Shown here in pieces: positions 37,300-48,580 of a DNA stretch of 64,000 nt. The DNA lies in contig NC_090357.1 in assembly GCF_035084215.1 (NCBI RefSeq), positions 868,001 through 932,000 of the forward strand, in the 5' to 3' direction. Both the position numbers and the translations under genes were made by a program. Source of the DNA: Heptranchias perlo. Its lineage: Eukaryota. Each line of letters starts with the position of its first letter. Within the stretch, counting starts at the first letter, position 1. The notes under the pieces were generated by a model, which was given only the letters and a program-made list of their open reading frames with translations, made no database searches and was not told the origin of the DNA.

Positions 37300-37887
37300 T
37301 AGACCACACTTGGAGCATTGTGCACAATTCTGGTCTCCATATGCCTTGGTTAGACCACACTTGGAGCACTGTGCACAGTTCTGGTCTCCATATTACAAAA
37401 GGGATATAGAAGCACCGGAGAAAGTGCAAAAAAGATTCACAGGGAGGATACCAGAACTGAGAGGTTATAACTATCAGGAAAAATTGAACAGGCTGGGGCT
37501 CTTTTCTCTAGAAAAGAGAAGACTGAGGGATGACCTGTCACAGGCCTTTAAAATTTGATAGGGTAGACAGAGAAGATGTTTCCACTTGTGGGGGAGACCA
37601 AAATTAGGGACCATAAATATACGATAGTCACTAATAAATTCAATATGGAATTCAGGAGAAATCTTTTTACTCAAAGTAGTTAGACTATGGAACTCACTAC
37701 CACATGGAGTAGTTGGGGTGAATAGTATAGATACATTTAAGGGGAGGCTAGATAAGTACATGAGGTAGAAAGGAATAGAAGGATATGCTGATAGGGTCAG
37801 ATGAAGAGGGGTGGGAGGAGGCTCATGTGGAGCACAAACACCTGCATAGACATGTTGGGCCGAATGGCCTGTTTCTGTGCTGTACAT
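37300..37887 (+). mobile_element. Older CR1 3' fragment with 51-bp internal duplication, also present at 36103-36153
   Basis: RPHLEHCAQFWSP repeated. Confidence 0.85.
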
Positions 37888-37959
37888 TCAATGAAAGTTG
37901 TCGCTTATACAAATTATTAGGAGACATTATTATTAACAATACAGTGTCGCCTGTAGTAC

Positions 37960-38071
37960 CTTAGTGTAGACACCTGACAGCACTTCCATGAGGGCGTCAG
38001 GCACCAACTCATCTCGAAGCACCTCTGAGATGAATGAGTCCACAAAGTTCCAGGCAAACGACTTGTTTTCC
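37960..38071 (-). CDS. Uncharacterised gene exon ENKSFAWNFVDSFISEVLRDELVPDALMEVLSGVYTK
   Basis: tttcttcag acceptor, AAG|gtacta donor, phase 2 to 0. Confidence 0.75.
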
Positions 38072-38202
38072 CTGAAGAAACTGCATGCTGCAAACTGCTA
38101 CAAGCAGACCAGACGGGATAAAGTTAGGTCACACCGCCGGAGAGACGTGTCAGTGCTTATTATGCTGGTCCGAGGATATCCTAATCTGGCCACTCCCCCC
38201 AC

Positions 38203-38380
38203 CGACTATCTGTCTGTGCCGGAGAAACTCCCCCATTTGGATGGGGAGGAGAGAATATCTGGGAGCGACTCGCTCCCCATGGCATCCCCCAACAAACAGG
38301 TGAACAAAGGCACTGTACAAGCCTGGAGTCAGGAGGCCTCTCTCCCTGCCTCCTTGGCCAGGTGGATGCCCCACAGAGAC
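38203..38380 (-). CDS. Uncharacterised gene candidate exon ending PPHPNGGVSPAQTDS(R); 5' boundary uncertain
   Basis: ttgtccctctttag acceptor, CG|gtgggg donor; restores phase 1 to 2. Confidence 0.4.
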
Positions 38381-38599
38381 CTAAAGAGGGACAACAAATA
38401 AAAATCCACATTCCTGTGGGTGAATCATGCCCATCCTCCTCCCAGGGAGTTCCTAATGGTACTCCATCTGTCGGGGGAGCTGCTTTACCACAAGTCGTGG
38501 TGGCACTCAGAGATATCAGTGAGCCCACACTGCACTTGTCTCACTCCTGGCAGCTGCATTTTGGGGATGGGGTTGCAGAATGCAGCTGATTCTTTGATC

Positions 38600-39086
38600 C
38601 CTCAACCCCCCCACCCCCCCAAACCCCCCCCCACCCTAACCCCCCCCACCCTACCAACCCCCCCCACTAACCCCCCCCCCCACCCAATCCACACCCCCAC
38701 CAAACCCCCCCCTACCCTAACCACCCCCCCAAACCCCCCCACCCAATCCACCCCCCACCCAAACCACCCCCCCACTAACCACCCCCCCACCCACTAACCA
38801 CCCCCCCACCCACTAACCACCCCCCCACCCACTAACCACCCCCCCACCCACTAACCACCCCCCCACCCACTAACCACCCCCCCACCCACTAACCACCCCC
38901 CCACCCACTAACCACCCCCCCACCCACTAACCACCCCCCCACCCACTAACCACCCCCCCACCCACTAACCACCCCCCCACCCACTAACCACCCCCCCACC
39001 CACTAACCACCCCCCCACCCACTAACCACCCCCCCACAACCACCCCCCACCCTAACCCCTCCCCCAAACCACCCCACCCCCACCTC
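38600..39086. repeat. C-rich 19-bp minisatellite (cccactaaccaccccccca)
   Basis: Visible. Confidence 0.9.
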
Positions 39087-39148
39087 CTTGGGGCACTGCA
39101 TTGATTTGCCCCACCCCTCCTGCTGAGATCTGCTATCTGGGCACTGAC

Positions 39149-39254
39149 CAGGGATCGAGATGCTTTGCTCTCTTACCCGCTCACGCCCCGGGCTCTGGCT
39201 CAAAGTTCTTGATGACTCCTTGTCTCCTCCATAAGGTGACATTGAGAGAACGTT
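39149..39254 (-). CDS. Uncharacterised gene exon NVLSMSPYGGDKESSRTLSQSPGRER(VREQSISIP); alternative donor at 39177
   Basis: ttttatttgttttcag acceptor; donors gtaaga or gtcagt. Confidence 0.6.
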
Positions 39255-40118
39255 CTGAAAACAAATAAAATCATATCATTTCCAATAGTCTTGCTTTTCC
39301 CAGAATATTCTGTATTAACAGGAAATAGTAAAAACAATAAGAGCAGTAAGATCCCACAAACAGCAATGAGATCCACCAGTTAATCTGGTTTGATGCTGCT
39401 GGTTGAGGCAGGAATGTTGGCCAGGACACCTGGAGAGTTTCCTGTCCTTTTTCAAACCGTGTCATGGGATCTTTAATAACCACCTGACGGGGTTAACCTC
39501 TCCTGTGAAGAGAAACACCCGAGACAATGCAGCACTCCCTCAGTACCGCCTGGGAGCTTGAATTCACAAGCTTCTGATCCACAGCCAAGAGTGATGCCAA
39601 ACTGAGCCACACTCTCTTAAAATTTGAGATTGTTTGGGGAATACATGCTCCCTCTCGACACCAGGCCCAGGAATAAATGCTGTGCTGTTGTTGGCATCAG
39701 TTTGTGAGAAAATCAATCTCCAGAGTTCTGCAGGAAATAAAAAAAATTGCCAGGAATAATACTGAACAGAATTTTACCAGAGTAACTCCTCAGCTAGATC
39801 AGGTGCTAAATGTCAGAGTGAATTCACTGGTCCTGTGCTCCTAGCAGGAGGCCAAGATCAAAGGGAACATGAACCGTAGACAGAGCTACAACACTGTAGA
39901 GCCAATTCTCCAACCCATGCTTCCTTTGACCTCGGCTCCTGCTGGGACTGTGGGATCGGTGAAAATGCCACGTACAATAATTGGTTTGCAACAACTCAAA
40001 AGGGTAGAATTACAGTCAGTGCCATTCTTGCACAAATACTTACCGCACTCGTACCAAATTCCTTTCTGCACTATTTTAACCCAGGTGGGTCTGATTGTAT
40101 TAAGCATAATACAACAGG

Positions 40119-40555
40119 TGTCAGCCATGGCTCAGTGGTAGCATTCTCGCCTCTGAGTCAGAAGGTTTAGGGTTCAAGTCGCACTCCGTGGAATGCAGTA
40201 CCGAGGGAGTGCTGCATCGTCAGAGGGGCAGCCTTTCGGATGAGATGTTGAACCGAGGCCCCATCTGCCCTCTCAGGTGGACGTAAAAGATCCCATGACA
40301 TTATTTCGAAGAAGAGCAGGGGAGTTCTCCCTGATGTCCTGGTCAATATTTATCCCTCATCCAACATCACTGAAACAGATTATCTGGTCACTATCATATT
40401 CCTGTTTGTGGGACCTTGCTGTGCGCAAATTGGCTGCCGCGTTTCCTACATTACAACAGTGACGACACTTCAAAAGTACTTAATAGTTTGTAAAGCGCTT
40501 TGGGACGTCCTGAGGTCATGAAAGGCACTATATAAATGCAAGTCCTTTCTTTCTT
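40119..40555 (+). mobile_element. Near-complete SacSINE1-like DeuSINE
   Basis: tRNA-derived A/B boxes (tggctcagtgg, ggttcaagtc), Deu-like domain, tail. Confidence 0.88.
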
Positions 40556-40722
40556 TAGCATTCAAACAAGGGAGGTGCTGACTGCAATTTCTACCCTAAT
40601 GTCTCCTACTCTAAACTGCAAGCTGAGGTTGTTGACTTCAGTTGTTGAGATCAACTCCCTGGTACCACTTGCACAAGGAGCTCGCCATTCAAATGATGGC
40701 TCAGTGCACAAATACATCACTT

Positions 40723-41143
40723 GGGGGGGTACTGACTGTCCACAGTGCCCAGGGGGGTACTGACTGTCCACAGTGCCCAGGGGGGTACTGACTGTCCACA
40801 GTGCCCAGGGGGGTACTGACTGTCCACAGTGCCCAGGGGGGTACTGACTGTCCACAGTGCCCAGGGGGGTACTGACTGTCCACAGTGCCCAGGGGGGTAC
40901 TGACTGTCCACAGTGCCCAGGGGGGTACTGACTGTCCACAGTGCCCAGGGGGGTACTGACTGTCCACAGTGCCCAGGGGGGTACTGACTGTCCACAGTGC
41001 CCAGGGGGGTACTGACTGTCCACAGTGCCCAGGGGGGTACTGACTGTCCACAGTGCCCAGGGGGGTACTGACTGTCCACAGTGCCCAGGGGGGTACTGAC
41101 TGTCCACAGTGCCCAGGGGGGTACTGACTGTCCACAGTGCCCA
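40723..41143. repeat. Perfect 28-bp minisatellite (ggggggtactgactgtccacagtgccca), about 15 copies
   Basis: Visible, essentially identical units. Confidence 0.95.
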
Positions 41144-41464
41144 GGCACTAGGGAGGGGAAAGCCCAAGATCATTATCTGGTGAGTCCAGTTGGGACGTGC
41201 GGGTGCCAGGTGAGAACCTGATCACGCTCAACTGCGATGCCATCCATGGTAGAATAGAATGTCAGTACTCAGTGCCGCTTGCAGAGGTACTGGAGAGCAA
41301 CCCACACTGTGGAACTGTAACCCATGCCCCAGCAAGGAACAAAAGTCTTCGGCTGAGAAACGGAGAACATTGGAAAGAAAAATAGTCTCTCTGCAAAAAC
41401 AACAATCAACAGAAGGATTTTATCAAACACAGATATAAAACACCCTCCTATAACAGAGTCTTAC

Positions 41465-41579
41465 CTGCAGAGGGAGATCTGCAGGGCGAATCATGGCGTA
41501 GTCTGGGCTGTCGGTACGTTTTAGACGATTGCCTGGCTGCTGAAAGCCAGAGTTCACTGCATTCCTCGGACCCTCTTCT
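41465..41579 (-). CDS. Uncharacterised gene exon EEGPRNAVNSGFQQPGNRLKRTDSPDYAMIRPADLPLQ
   Basis: tgtttgaacag acceptor, CAG|gtaaga donor, phase 2 to 0. Confidence 0.72.
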
Positions 41580-42754
41580 CTGTTCAAACAGCACATTCAC
41601 AGAAAACAAAATCACTGGCACCGAACTGAACAGCATCTTGATAACATGGCAACGCCACAAAACTCATTCTCCACCGATATAAACTGTGACTAAAGCCTCC
41701 TCCCTCAGAGAAATTAACTGGTCATTCATCTAATTGCTGTTTATGGGATCTTCCTGTGTGCAAAATGGCTGCCACACATACCTACATTACAACAGCTGCT
41801 GCACTTCAAAGTTATTCATTGTATGTAAAGCGCTTTAAACCTGTATGAATATTATATGGGGCAGAGAGACAGTCATGCTGTCACTGTTAGGTACAGGGAA
41901 AAGAAAAAACAGAATATTAGGGCAGATTTAAGCCACTCGTAGCAGAAACACACAGAGGGGCGTGCTTTCCTATGTGCAACACGAAAGCAGTTTTTTAAAT
42001 TAAGAATGAGCTTGCATTTATATAGCACCTAGCACATCTTCTAGAAACCCAGAGCCATCACAGCCTGTGAGTTACAGCCAATATAGGCAACTGTGGCAGG
42101 CCAATTCGTGCAGAGCAAGATCCCGGAAACAGCAAATAAAATGAGTAACTGATTAATGTGGATCTGGGTAGAGGTAGAAACATTGACATGGGGAGAACCC
42201 TCAGCTCGTCTTTCAATAGTTATACGGAGTTTTTAACAACAACATGAACCACTGAAACAGGTAGATAAGGCCTCGATTTAATGTCTCATCTAAAAGTCGG
42301 CACCTCTGACAGTGCGGCACTCCCTCAGTACTGCACTGCAGTGTCAGCCTGGATGTTGTAGTCAAGTCCTGGAGTGGACTTGAATATGTTGGTTTGTAAT
42401 AAAAGAAAGAACTTACATTTATATAGCCCCTTTCACATCCTCAGGATGTCCCAAAGCACTTCACAGCCAATGGAGTACTTTTGAAGTGCAGTCCTTTTTC
42501 TGGTTGGCCTCAGCTGCCCTAGAATCTATTCTCCAGCCATGAAGCCAGGCTGGAGGGTCTGTGCTCAGGACTCGGCCGATGTCATTCAGGCACTGACCGC
42601 TAGGAGGTGCCGGAGAGCAACCCAAGGCTTCCTGATGGAGAAATCCCTCATAAAAGGGGTCCTCACAGCAAAACTCCTTTTTTGTAAAATCTGATCATAA
42701 TCGGGTATTATTTTAACTATATAATCACTATGCTTTCTCTATAAATTCCCTTAC

Positions 42755-42859
42755 CTCCCATTGGCCTTTTCATTGAGCAGTGGAGGGACCACTACCCGGA
42801 GGCCCCGTCTAAGGTCAGCAGAGGGTCCGTTATGAACTCCATCAGACGTAATCAACAGC
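42755..42859 (-). CDS. Uncharacterised gene exon LLITSDGVHNGPSADLRRGLRVVVPPLLNEKANG(R)
   Basis: ctaac branch then ttgccctcctag acceptor, AG|gtaagg donor, phase 2 to 2. Confidence 0.75.
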
Positions 42860-43654
42860 CTAGGAGGGCAAGTTAGTGCAGAGGAGGAAATTATCACCCA
42901 GCTAATTACAGGAAGGTAAAAGGTAATAGAGAATATTGAACAATTACATGAATACAACCCTAATAACAATTATGATTGATCTGAAATGCTGCCTTCTCCA
43001 CATCCCTGTGTATTCTCCCACTGTCCCTCAGGAAATGACAATCCCTTATAATAAAAACTTTGTGCCTCTCTGAACCCTTCAATGAAGACAGTAAGGGGCT
43101 GCCTCGTTCACACCTCTGAAAGGTGCAGTAGCGACACAAAAACCGGGAATACAATAAATGCTGACTTAGCACTGGAGGTCCGTCCGTTCCAATTTTCAGA
43201 CGGACCCCGATTTAGGCATCAGCCCACCCATCAGGAACAGGTGGGGAATTAATTAAACTATTCAAACAGGGGGGGGGGGGGGGGGGGGTCAAATGGCATT
43301 GTCAGGACCCCCAGCGCACTTTTCTTGTCAATCAGCGCTGCCACCTTGAACCGTGGGGGGGCACGGGTCGGGGGGGGGGGTGGGCACGGGTATGGCAAAG
43401 CTGAAAGCAGGACCGGAACTCATAATTTCTTCATTCATTTGGGAGATTTGAGGATTAAGGCTTCCTTCAGTTCATCTCCTTGCTGTTAGATTGTGCTGAT
43501 TAAACTTCCCGACGCAGATACCTGCTGCTCTGTTTAGCAGCCACCCCCCACAATGTTTCCAGCCCTCCCCTTTAGGATACTGCTGCAGGCCCATGAGAGT
43601 CTGGCCTGCCCACCCAACGCCGAGCTGCCCGTAACATCGTGGTTAGAGGGCAGG

Positions 43655-44080
43655 AGCATAAAGTTGGATTGTATTCCCTTAAGTTTAGAAGGATGATGGG
43701 GCATCTGATCGAGGTGTTTACAATTATAACAGGACTCGATAAGGTAGTTACAGAGACACTATTTCCTCAGTTGGGGGCATTCAGAACATGGGCTATAATC
43801 TAAAAATTAGAGCTAGGCCATTTAGGAGTGAAATCAGGAAGCACTTTTTCCACACAAAGCGTAGTGGAAATCTGGAACTCTCTTCCCCCAAAAGGCTGTG
43901 GATGTTGGGGGTCAAATGTAATTTTCAAGTCTGAGATCAATAGATTTTTGATGGGTAAGAGTACGCAGGGATATGGAGCAAAGGTGGGAAAATGGAGTCA
44001 AGATGCAGATCAGCCATGATCTAATTGAATGGCGAAACAGACTCGAGGGGCTGAAAGGCCTCGTCCTGTTCCTATGTTCC
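43655..44080 (+). mobile_element. CR1 LINE 3' fragment
   Basis: CR1 RT end and 3' UTR (gatcagccatgatct). Confidence 0.8.
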
Positions 44081-44105
44081 ACAGGAAACCTTGGAAATAA
44101 GTTAC

Positions 44106-44246
44106 CTGGGCAGGTAAGATGGGGAGTGCACCTTCCGCCTATTGTGCTGACTGGTTAAATGGGCACGTAGATAAGCATCGCTAGGCACAAGGTCATTCCA
44201 TCCTGTCCGCGGAACAAGGCCAAGCTGCTGTCGAACACGGTTTAAA
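44106..44246 (-). CDS. Uncharacterised gene exon LNRVRQQLGLVPRTGWNDLVPSDAYLRAHLTSQHNRRKVHSPSYLP(R)
   Basis: gtatttctctacag acceptor, AG|gtaact donor, phase 2 to 2. Confidence 0.75.
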
Positions 44247-44366
44247 CTGTAGAGAAATACACAACACATTCAACCAGAGAATGCTGCAGAATTGCTACCA
44301 ATATATACGGGAAAATGTAAGGAATCTTACAACACCAGGTTATAGTCCAACAGTTTTATTTGAAAA

Positions 44367-44403
44367 TCACAAGCTTTCGGAGCTTACCTCCTTCGTCAGG
44401 TGA
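44367..44403 (-). ncRNA. Minimal hammerhead ribozyme motif in Penelope terminus
   Basis: TCAC-CTGACGA-A-GGAG-gtaag-CTCC-GAAA-GC-TT-GTGA on the minus strand. Confidence 0.7.
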
Positions 44404-44568
44404 GTGAGTGACGGGTTCTCAAATCGCATAGCTTATATTAGGCTGGGACACGATCACACCAATCAAAGGTGTCATTGGTGTTCAGACAGGTTAGCCACGG
44501 AAAACATTACATCCCAGTATACTGAATACACAATGGGTCAGATTACAAAGCCAGAGAAAGAGACACGA

Positions 44569-44617
<49 letters not shown>

Positions 44618-45753
44618 TCCAGTTGTATTAAAAACAGATAACTTTTTTTTTCCTGCTGGTGGGGTTACGTGTAGCGCGACATGAACCCAAGATCCCGGTT
44701 GAGGCCGTCCTCATGGGTGCGGAACTTGGCTATCAATTTCTGCTCGACGATTTTGCGTTGTCATGTGTCTCGAAGGCCGCCTTGGAGAACGCTTACCCGA
44801 AGATCGGTGGCTGAATGTCCTTGACTGCTGAAGTGTTCCCCGACTGGGAGGGAACCCTCCTGTCTGGCGATTGTTGCGCGGTGTGCGTTCATCCGTTGTC
44901 GCAGTGTCTGCATGTTCTCGCCAATGTACCATGCTCCGGGGCATCCTTTCCCGCAACATATGAGGTAGACAATGTTGGCCGAGTCACAGGAGTATGAACC
45001 ATGTACCTGGTGGGTGGTGTCCTCTCGTGTGATGGTGGTATCTGTGTCGATGATCTGGCATGTCTTGCAGAGGTTGCCGTGGCAGGGTTGTGTGGTGTCG
45101 TGGACCTGTTCTCCTGAAAGCTGGGTAATTTGCTGCAAATGATGGTCCGTTTGAGGTTGGGTGGCTGTTTGAAGGCGAGTAGTGGAGGCATGGGGATGGC
45201 CAACATTGTCTACCTCATACGTTGCAGGAAAGGATGCCAAGAGCATGGTACATCGGCGAGACCACGCAGACACTGCGACAACGGATGAACGGACACCGCG
45301 CAACAATCGCCAGACAGGAGGGTTCCCTCCCAGTCGGGGAACACTTCAGCAGTCAAGGACATTCAGCCACCGATCTTCGGGTAAGCGTTCTCCAAGGCGG
45401 CCTTCGAGACACACGACAACGCAAAATCGTCGAGCAGAAATTGATAGCCAAGTTCCGCACCCATGAGGACGGCCTCAACCGAGATCTTGGATTCATGTCA
45501 CGCTACACGTAACCCCACCAGCAGGAAAAAAAAAGTTATCTGTTTTTAATACAACTGGACATTCTCTCTCTCTCTCTGCCTTTCGGGTCTCTTTCTCTCT
45601 CTCTGGCTTTGTAATCTGACCCATTGTGTATTCAATATACTGGGATGTAATGTTTTCCGCAGCTAACCTGTCCGAACACCAATGACACCTTTGATTGGTG
45701 TGATCGTGTCCCAGCCTAATATAAGCTATGCGATTTGAGAACCTTTCACTCAC

Positions 45754-45790
45754 TCACCTGACGAAGGAGGGAAGCTCCGAAAGCTTGTGA
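45754..45790 (+). ncRNA. Minimal hammerhead ribozyme motif in Penelope terminus
   Basis: TCAC-CTGACGA-A-GGAG-ggaag-CTCC-GAAA-GC-TT-GTGA. Confidence 0.7.
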
Positions 45791-45918
45791 TTTTCAAATA
45801 AAACTGTTGGACTATAACCTGGTGTTGTAAGATTCCTTACATTTGTCCACCCCAGTCCATCACCGGCATCTCCACATCAATATATACGGGACACAGGCAA
45901 CACAGGAATCTGACTTAG

Positions 45919-47205
45919 TGTCAGCCGCAGATCAGTGGGTAGCACTCTGACCCCGAGTCAGGAGGTCAGGGGTTCATTCAAGCCCCACTCCAGAGACTTG
46001 ACCACAAAATCCAGGCTGACACTCCAGTGCAGTACCGAGGGAGCGCTGCACTGTCGGAGGGGCAGTACCGAGGGAGCGCTGCACTGTCGGAGGGGCAGTA
46101 CCGAGGGAGCGCTGCACTGTCGGAGGGGCAGTACCGAGGGAGCGCCGCACTGTCGGAGGGGCAGTACCGAGGGAGCGCCGCACTGTCGGAGGGGCAGTAC
46201 CGAGGGAGCGCCGCACTGTCGGAGGGGCAGTACCGAGGGAGCGCCGCACTGTCGGAGGGGCAGTACCGAGGGAGCGCCGCACTGTCGGAGGGGCAGTACC
46301 GAGGGAGCGCCGCACTGTCGGAGGGGCAGTACCGAGGGAGCGCCGCACTGTCGGAGGGGCAGTACCGAGGGAGCGCCGCACTGTCGGAGGGGCAGTACCG
46401 AGGGAGCGCCGCACTGTCGGAGGGGCAGTACCGAGGGAGCGCCGCACTGTCGGAGGGGCAGTACCGAGGGAGCGCCGCACTGTCGGAGGGGCAGTACCGA
46501 GGGAGCGCCGCACTGTCGGAGGGGCAGTACCGAGGGAGCGCCGCACTGTCGGAGGGGCAGTACCGAGGGAGCGCCGCACTGTCGGAGGGGCAGTACCGAG
46601 GGAGCGCCGCACTGTCGGAGGGGCAGTACCGAGGGAGCGCCGCACTGTCGGAGGGGCAGTACCGAGGGAGCGCCGCACTGTCGGAGGGGCAGTACCGAGG
46701 GAGCGCCGCACTGTCGGAGGGGCAGTACCGAGGGAGCGCCGCACTGTCGGAGGGGCAGTACCGAGGGAGCGCCGCACTGTCGGAGGGGCAGTACCGAGGG
46801 AGCGCCGCACTGTCGGAGGGGCAGTACCGAGGGAGCGCCGCACTGTCGGAGGGGCAGTACCGAGGGAGCGCTGCACTGTCGGAGGGGCCGTCTTTCGGAT
46901 GAGACGTTATATCAATGCCCCATGTGCCCTCTCAGGTGGATGTAAAAGGTCCCACAGCACTATTTGAAAAGCAGGGAAGTTCTCCCTGGTGTCCTGGACA
47001 ATATTTATCCCTCACCCAACACCTAAAAATAGTTTCTCTGGTCATTATCACATTGCTGTTTGTGGGACCTTGCTGTGCAAAAATTGGCTGCTGTATTTCT
47101 TACATTTCAGCAGTGACTACACTTCAAAAAAATACTTAACTGGCTGTAGTGCTTTGGGACGGCCTGAGAGCGTGACAGGCACTATATAAATGCAAGTCAG
47201 TCTTT
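45919..47205 (+). mobile_element. SacSINE1-like DeuSINE with internal 33-bp unit expanded to about 26 copies (46029-46887)
   Basis: SINE head, 11-aa periodic pseudo-ORFs, SINE body and tail. Confidence 0.92.
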
Positions 47206-47899
47206 CTAACAGGAGTCAATGAATTGTCACGAACAACATCTCCACTTAATATTGCATCCTTTTTGTGAGCGAAAATGCAATGAGAAAGAAAAAACAATTT
47301 TAAGACCTAAAGAAACAGGATATTTTGAAGTAGGAAGGTTCTAAAGTGTTTCAGATCTAATAATTGCTTCCTATGAGACTGCCAACAGATTTAACGGATT
47401 AATTGCAAAGCACAGGAGTTCAGAGAAGCTCTGAGCACCGAGGCATCTGAAAGGACTGCAGGCTCGGCCAATCCAGTCCGCTCTCTCGATAAACAGATTT
47501 TTGGAGAAGTAGCAAGTGAGCAGTGAAGCTTTTTCAGATTAGCTGCTCGTATGGAATTTGGTTTGCAAAGTTCTCTCTTTCCCTTAATATGGTGTTCTAC
47601 CCTCTTCTCTCTTGCCAGGTGTTGAGACTGTGTTGGTTTGAGGTTTGAGGTCTGAGGTGCAGTTGCAAGATGGAAGAGCAGTATTGATGTGAAATTCAGT
47701 AATGTGCACCTTCTGCAGGAAGCGGTACATCTGGCAGTCAGCTGCAGCAGGGCAGGTGAGTAAAGTGAAGCATTTTGGAAAGAAATGACAACTAAAAAGG
47801 ACAAAACGGTCAGTGCCTCCAAGGCAGAATCGAGTTAAAAGTGTTGTTGCGGTGTGTACCACCTAGAATCGTAGAAAGGTCACAGCACAGAAGGAGGCC

Positions 47900-48580
47900 A
47901 CAAAAAGTTAGTCTGCAGGTACAGCAAGTGATTAGGAAGGCAAATGGAATGTTGTCATTTATTGCAAGGGGAATGGAATATAAAAGTCGAGATGTTTTAC
48001 TACAGTTGTACTGGGCATTGGTGAGACCACATCTAGAATACTGTGTGCAGTTTTGGTCTCCTTACTTAAGAAAGGACATAATTGCTTTGTTCAGAGAAGG
48101 TTCACTCGATTGATTCCTGGGATGAGGGGGTTATCTTATGAGGAAAGGTTGGACAAGTTGGGCCTGAATACACTGTAGATTAGCAGAATGAGAGGTGATC
48201 TTATTGAAACATATAAGATCCTGAAGGGAGTTGAAGGGGTAGATGCTGAGAGGATGTTTCCCCTTGTGGGACAGACTAGAACTCGGGGACCACAGTTTAA
48301 AAATAAGGGGTTTCCCATTTAAGACGGAGATGAGGAGAAATTTTTTCTCAGACGTGAGTCTGTGGAACTCCCTTCCCCAGAGAGCGGTGGAGGCAGGGTC
48401 ATTGAATATTTTTAAGGCTGAGTTAGATGGATTCCTGATTAACAAGGGAGTCAAAGATTATAGTGGGTAGACGGGAAAGTAGGGTTGAGGTCACAATCAG
48501 ATCAGCCATGATCTTATCAAATGGCAGAGCAGGGTCAAGGGGCCGAATGGCCTACTCCTGCTCTAAATTCGTATGTTCGT
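47900..48580 (+). mobile_element. CR1 3' fragment inserted into the 3' UTR of the minus-strand CR1
   Basis: Splits ggaggcca|ttcggccc of the host UTR (47865-47899 vs 48581 onward). Confidence 0.85.

Larger units (their letters stand above)
44313..45877. mobile_element. Penelope-like element in inverted (fold-back) configuration, GIY-YIG endonuclease remnants, about 13-14-bp TSD
   Basis: NIVYLICC..WYIGET..LRQRMNGHR..HF..GH in ORFs 44761..45306 (-) and 45222..45512 (+); arms 44313-44980 and 45197-45845; TSD caatatatacggga 44299-44312 and 45878-45891. Confidence 0.92.

Noticed and set aside
38600-39086. Interstitial telomere-like ccctaac/cactaac motifs
   Set aside because: No tandem (CCCTAA)n; it is a 19-bp C-rich minisatellite
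40119-40195. tRNA-like sequence (also 10841-10912, 26430, 45919)
   Set aside because: tRNA-derived SINE heads, no complete cloverleaf
45935-46945. 300-aa-scale repetitive ORFs
   Set aside because: 33-bp tandem inside a SINE
47619-47755. Plus-strand exon-like segment (ttgccag ... CAG|gtgagt) as possible HMBS 5' exon
   Set aside because: Stops in all frames, no HMBS similarity, lies inside the opposite gene's intron
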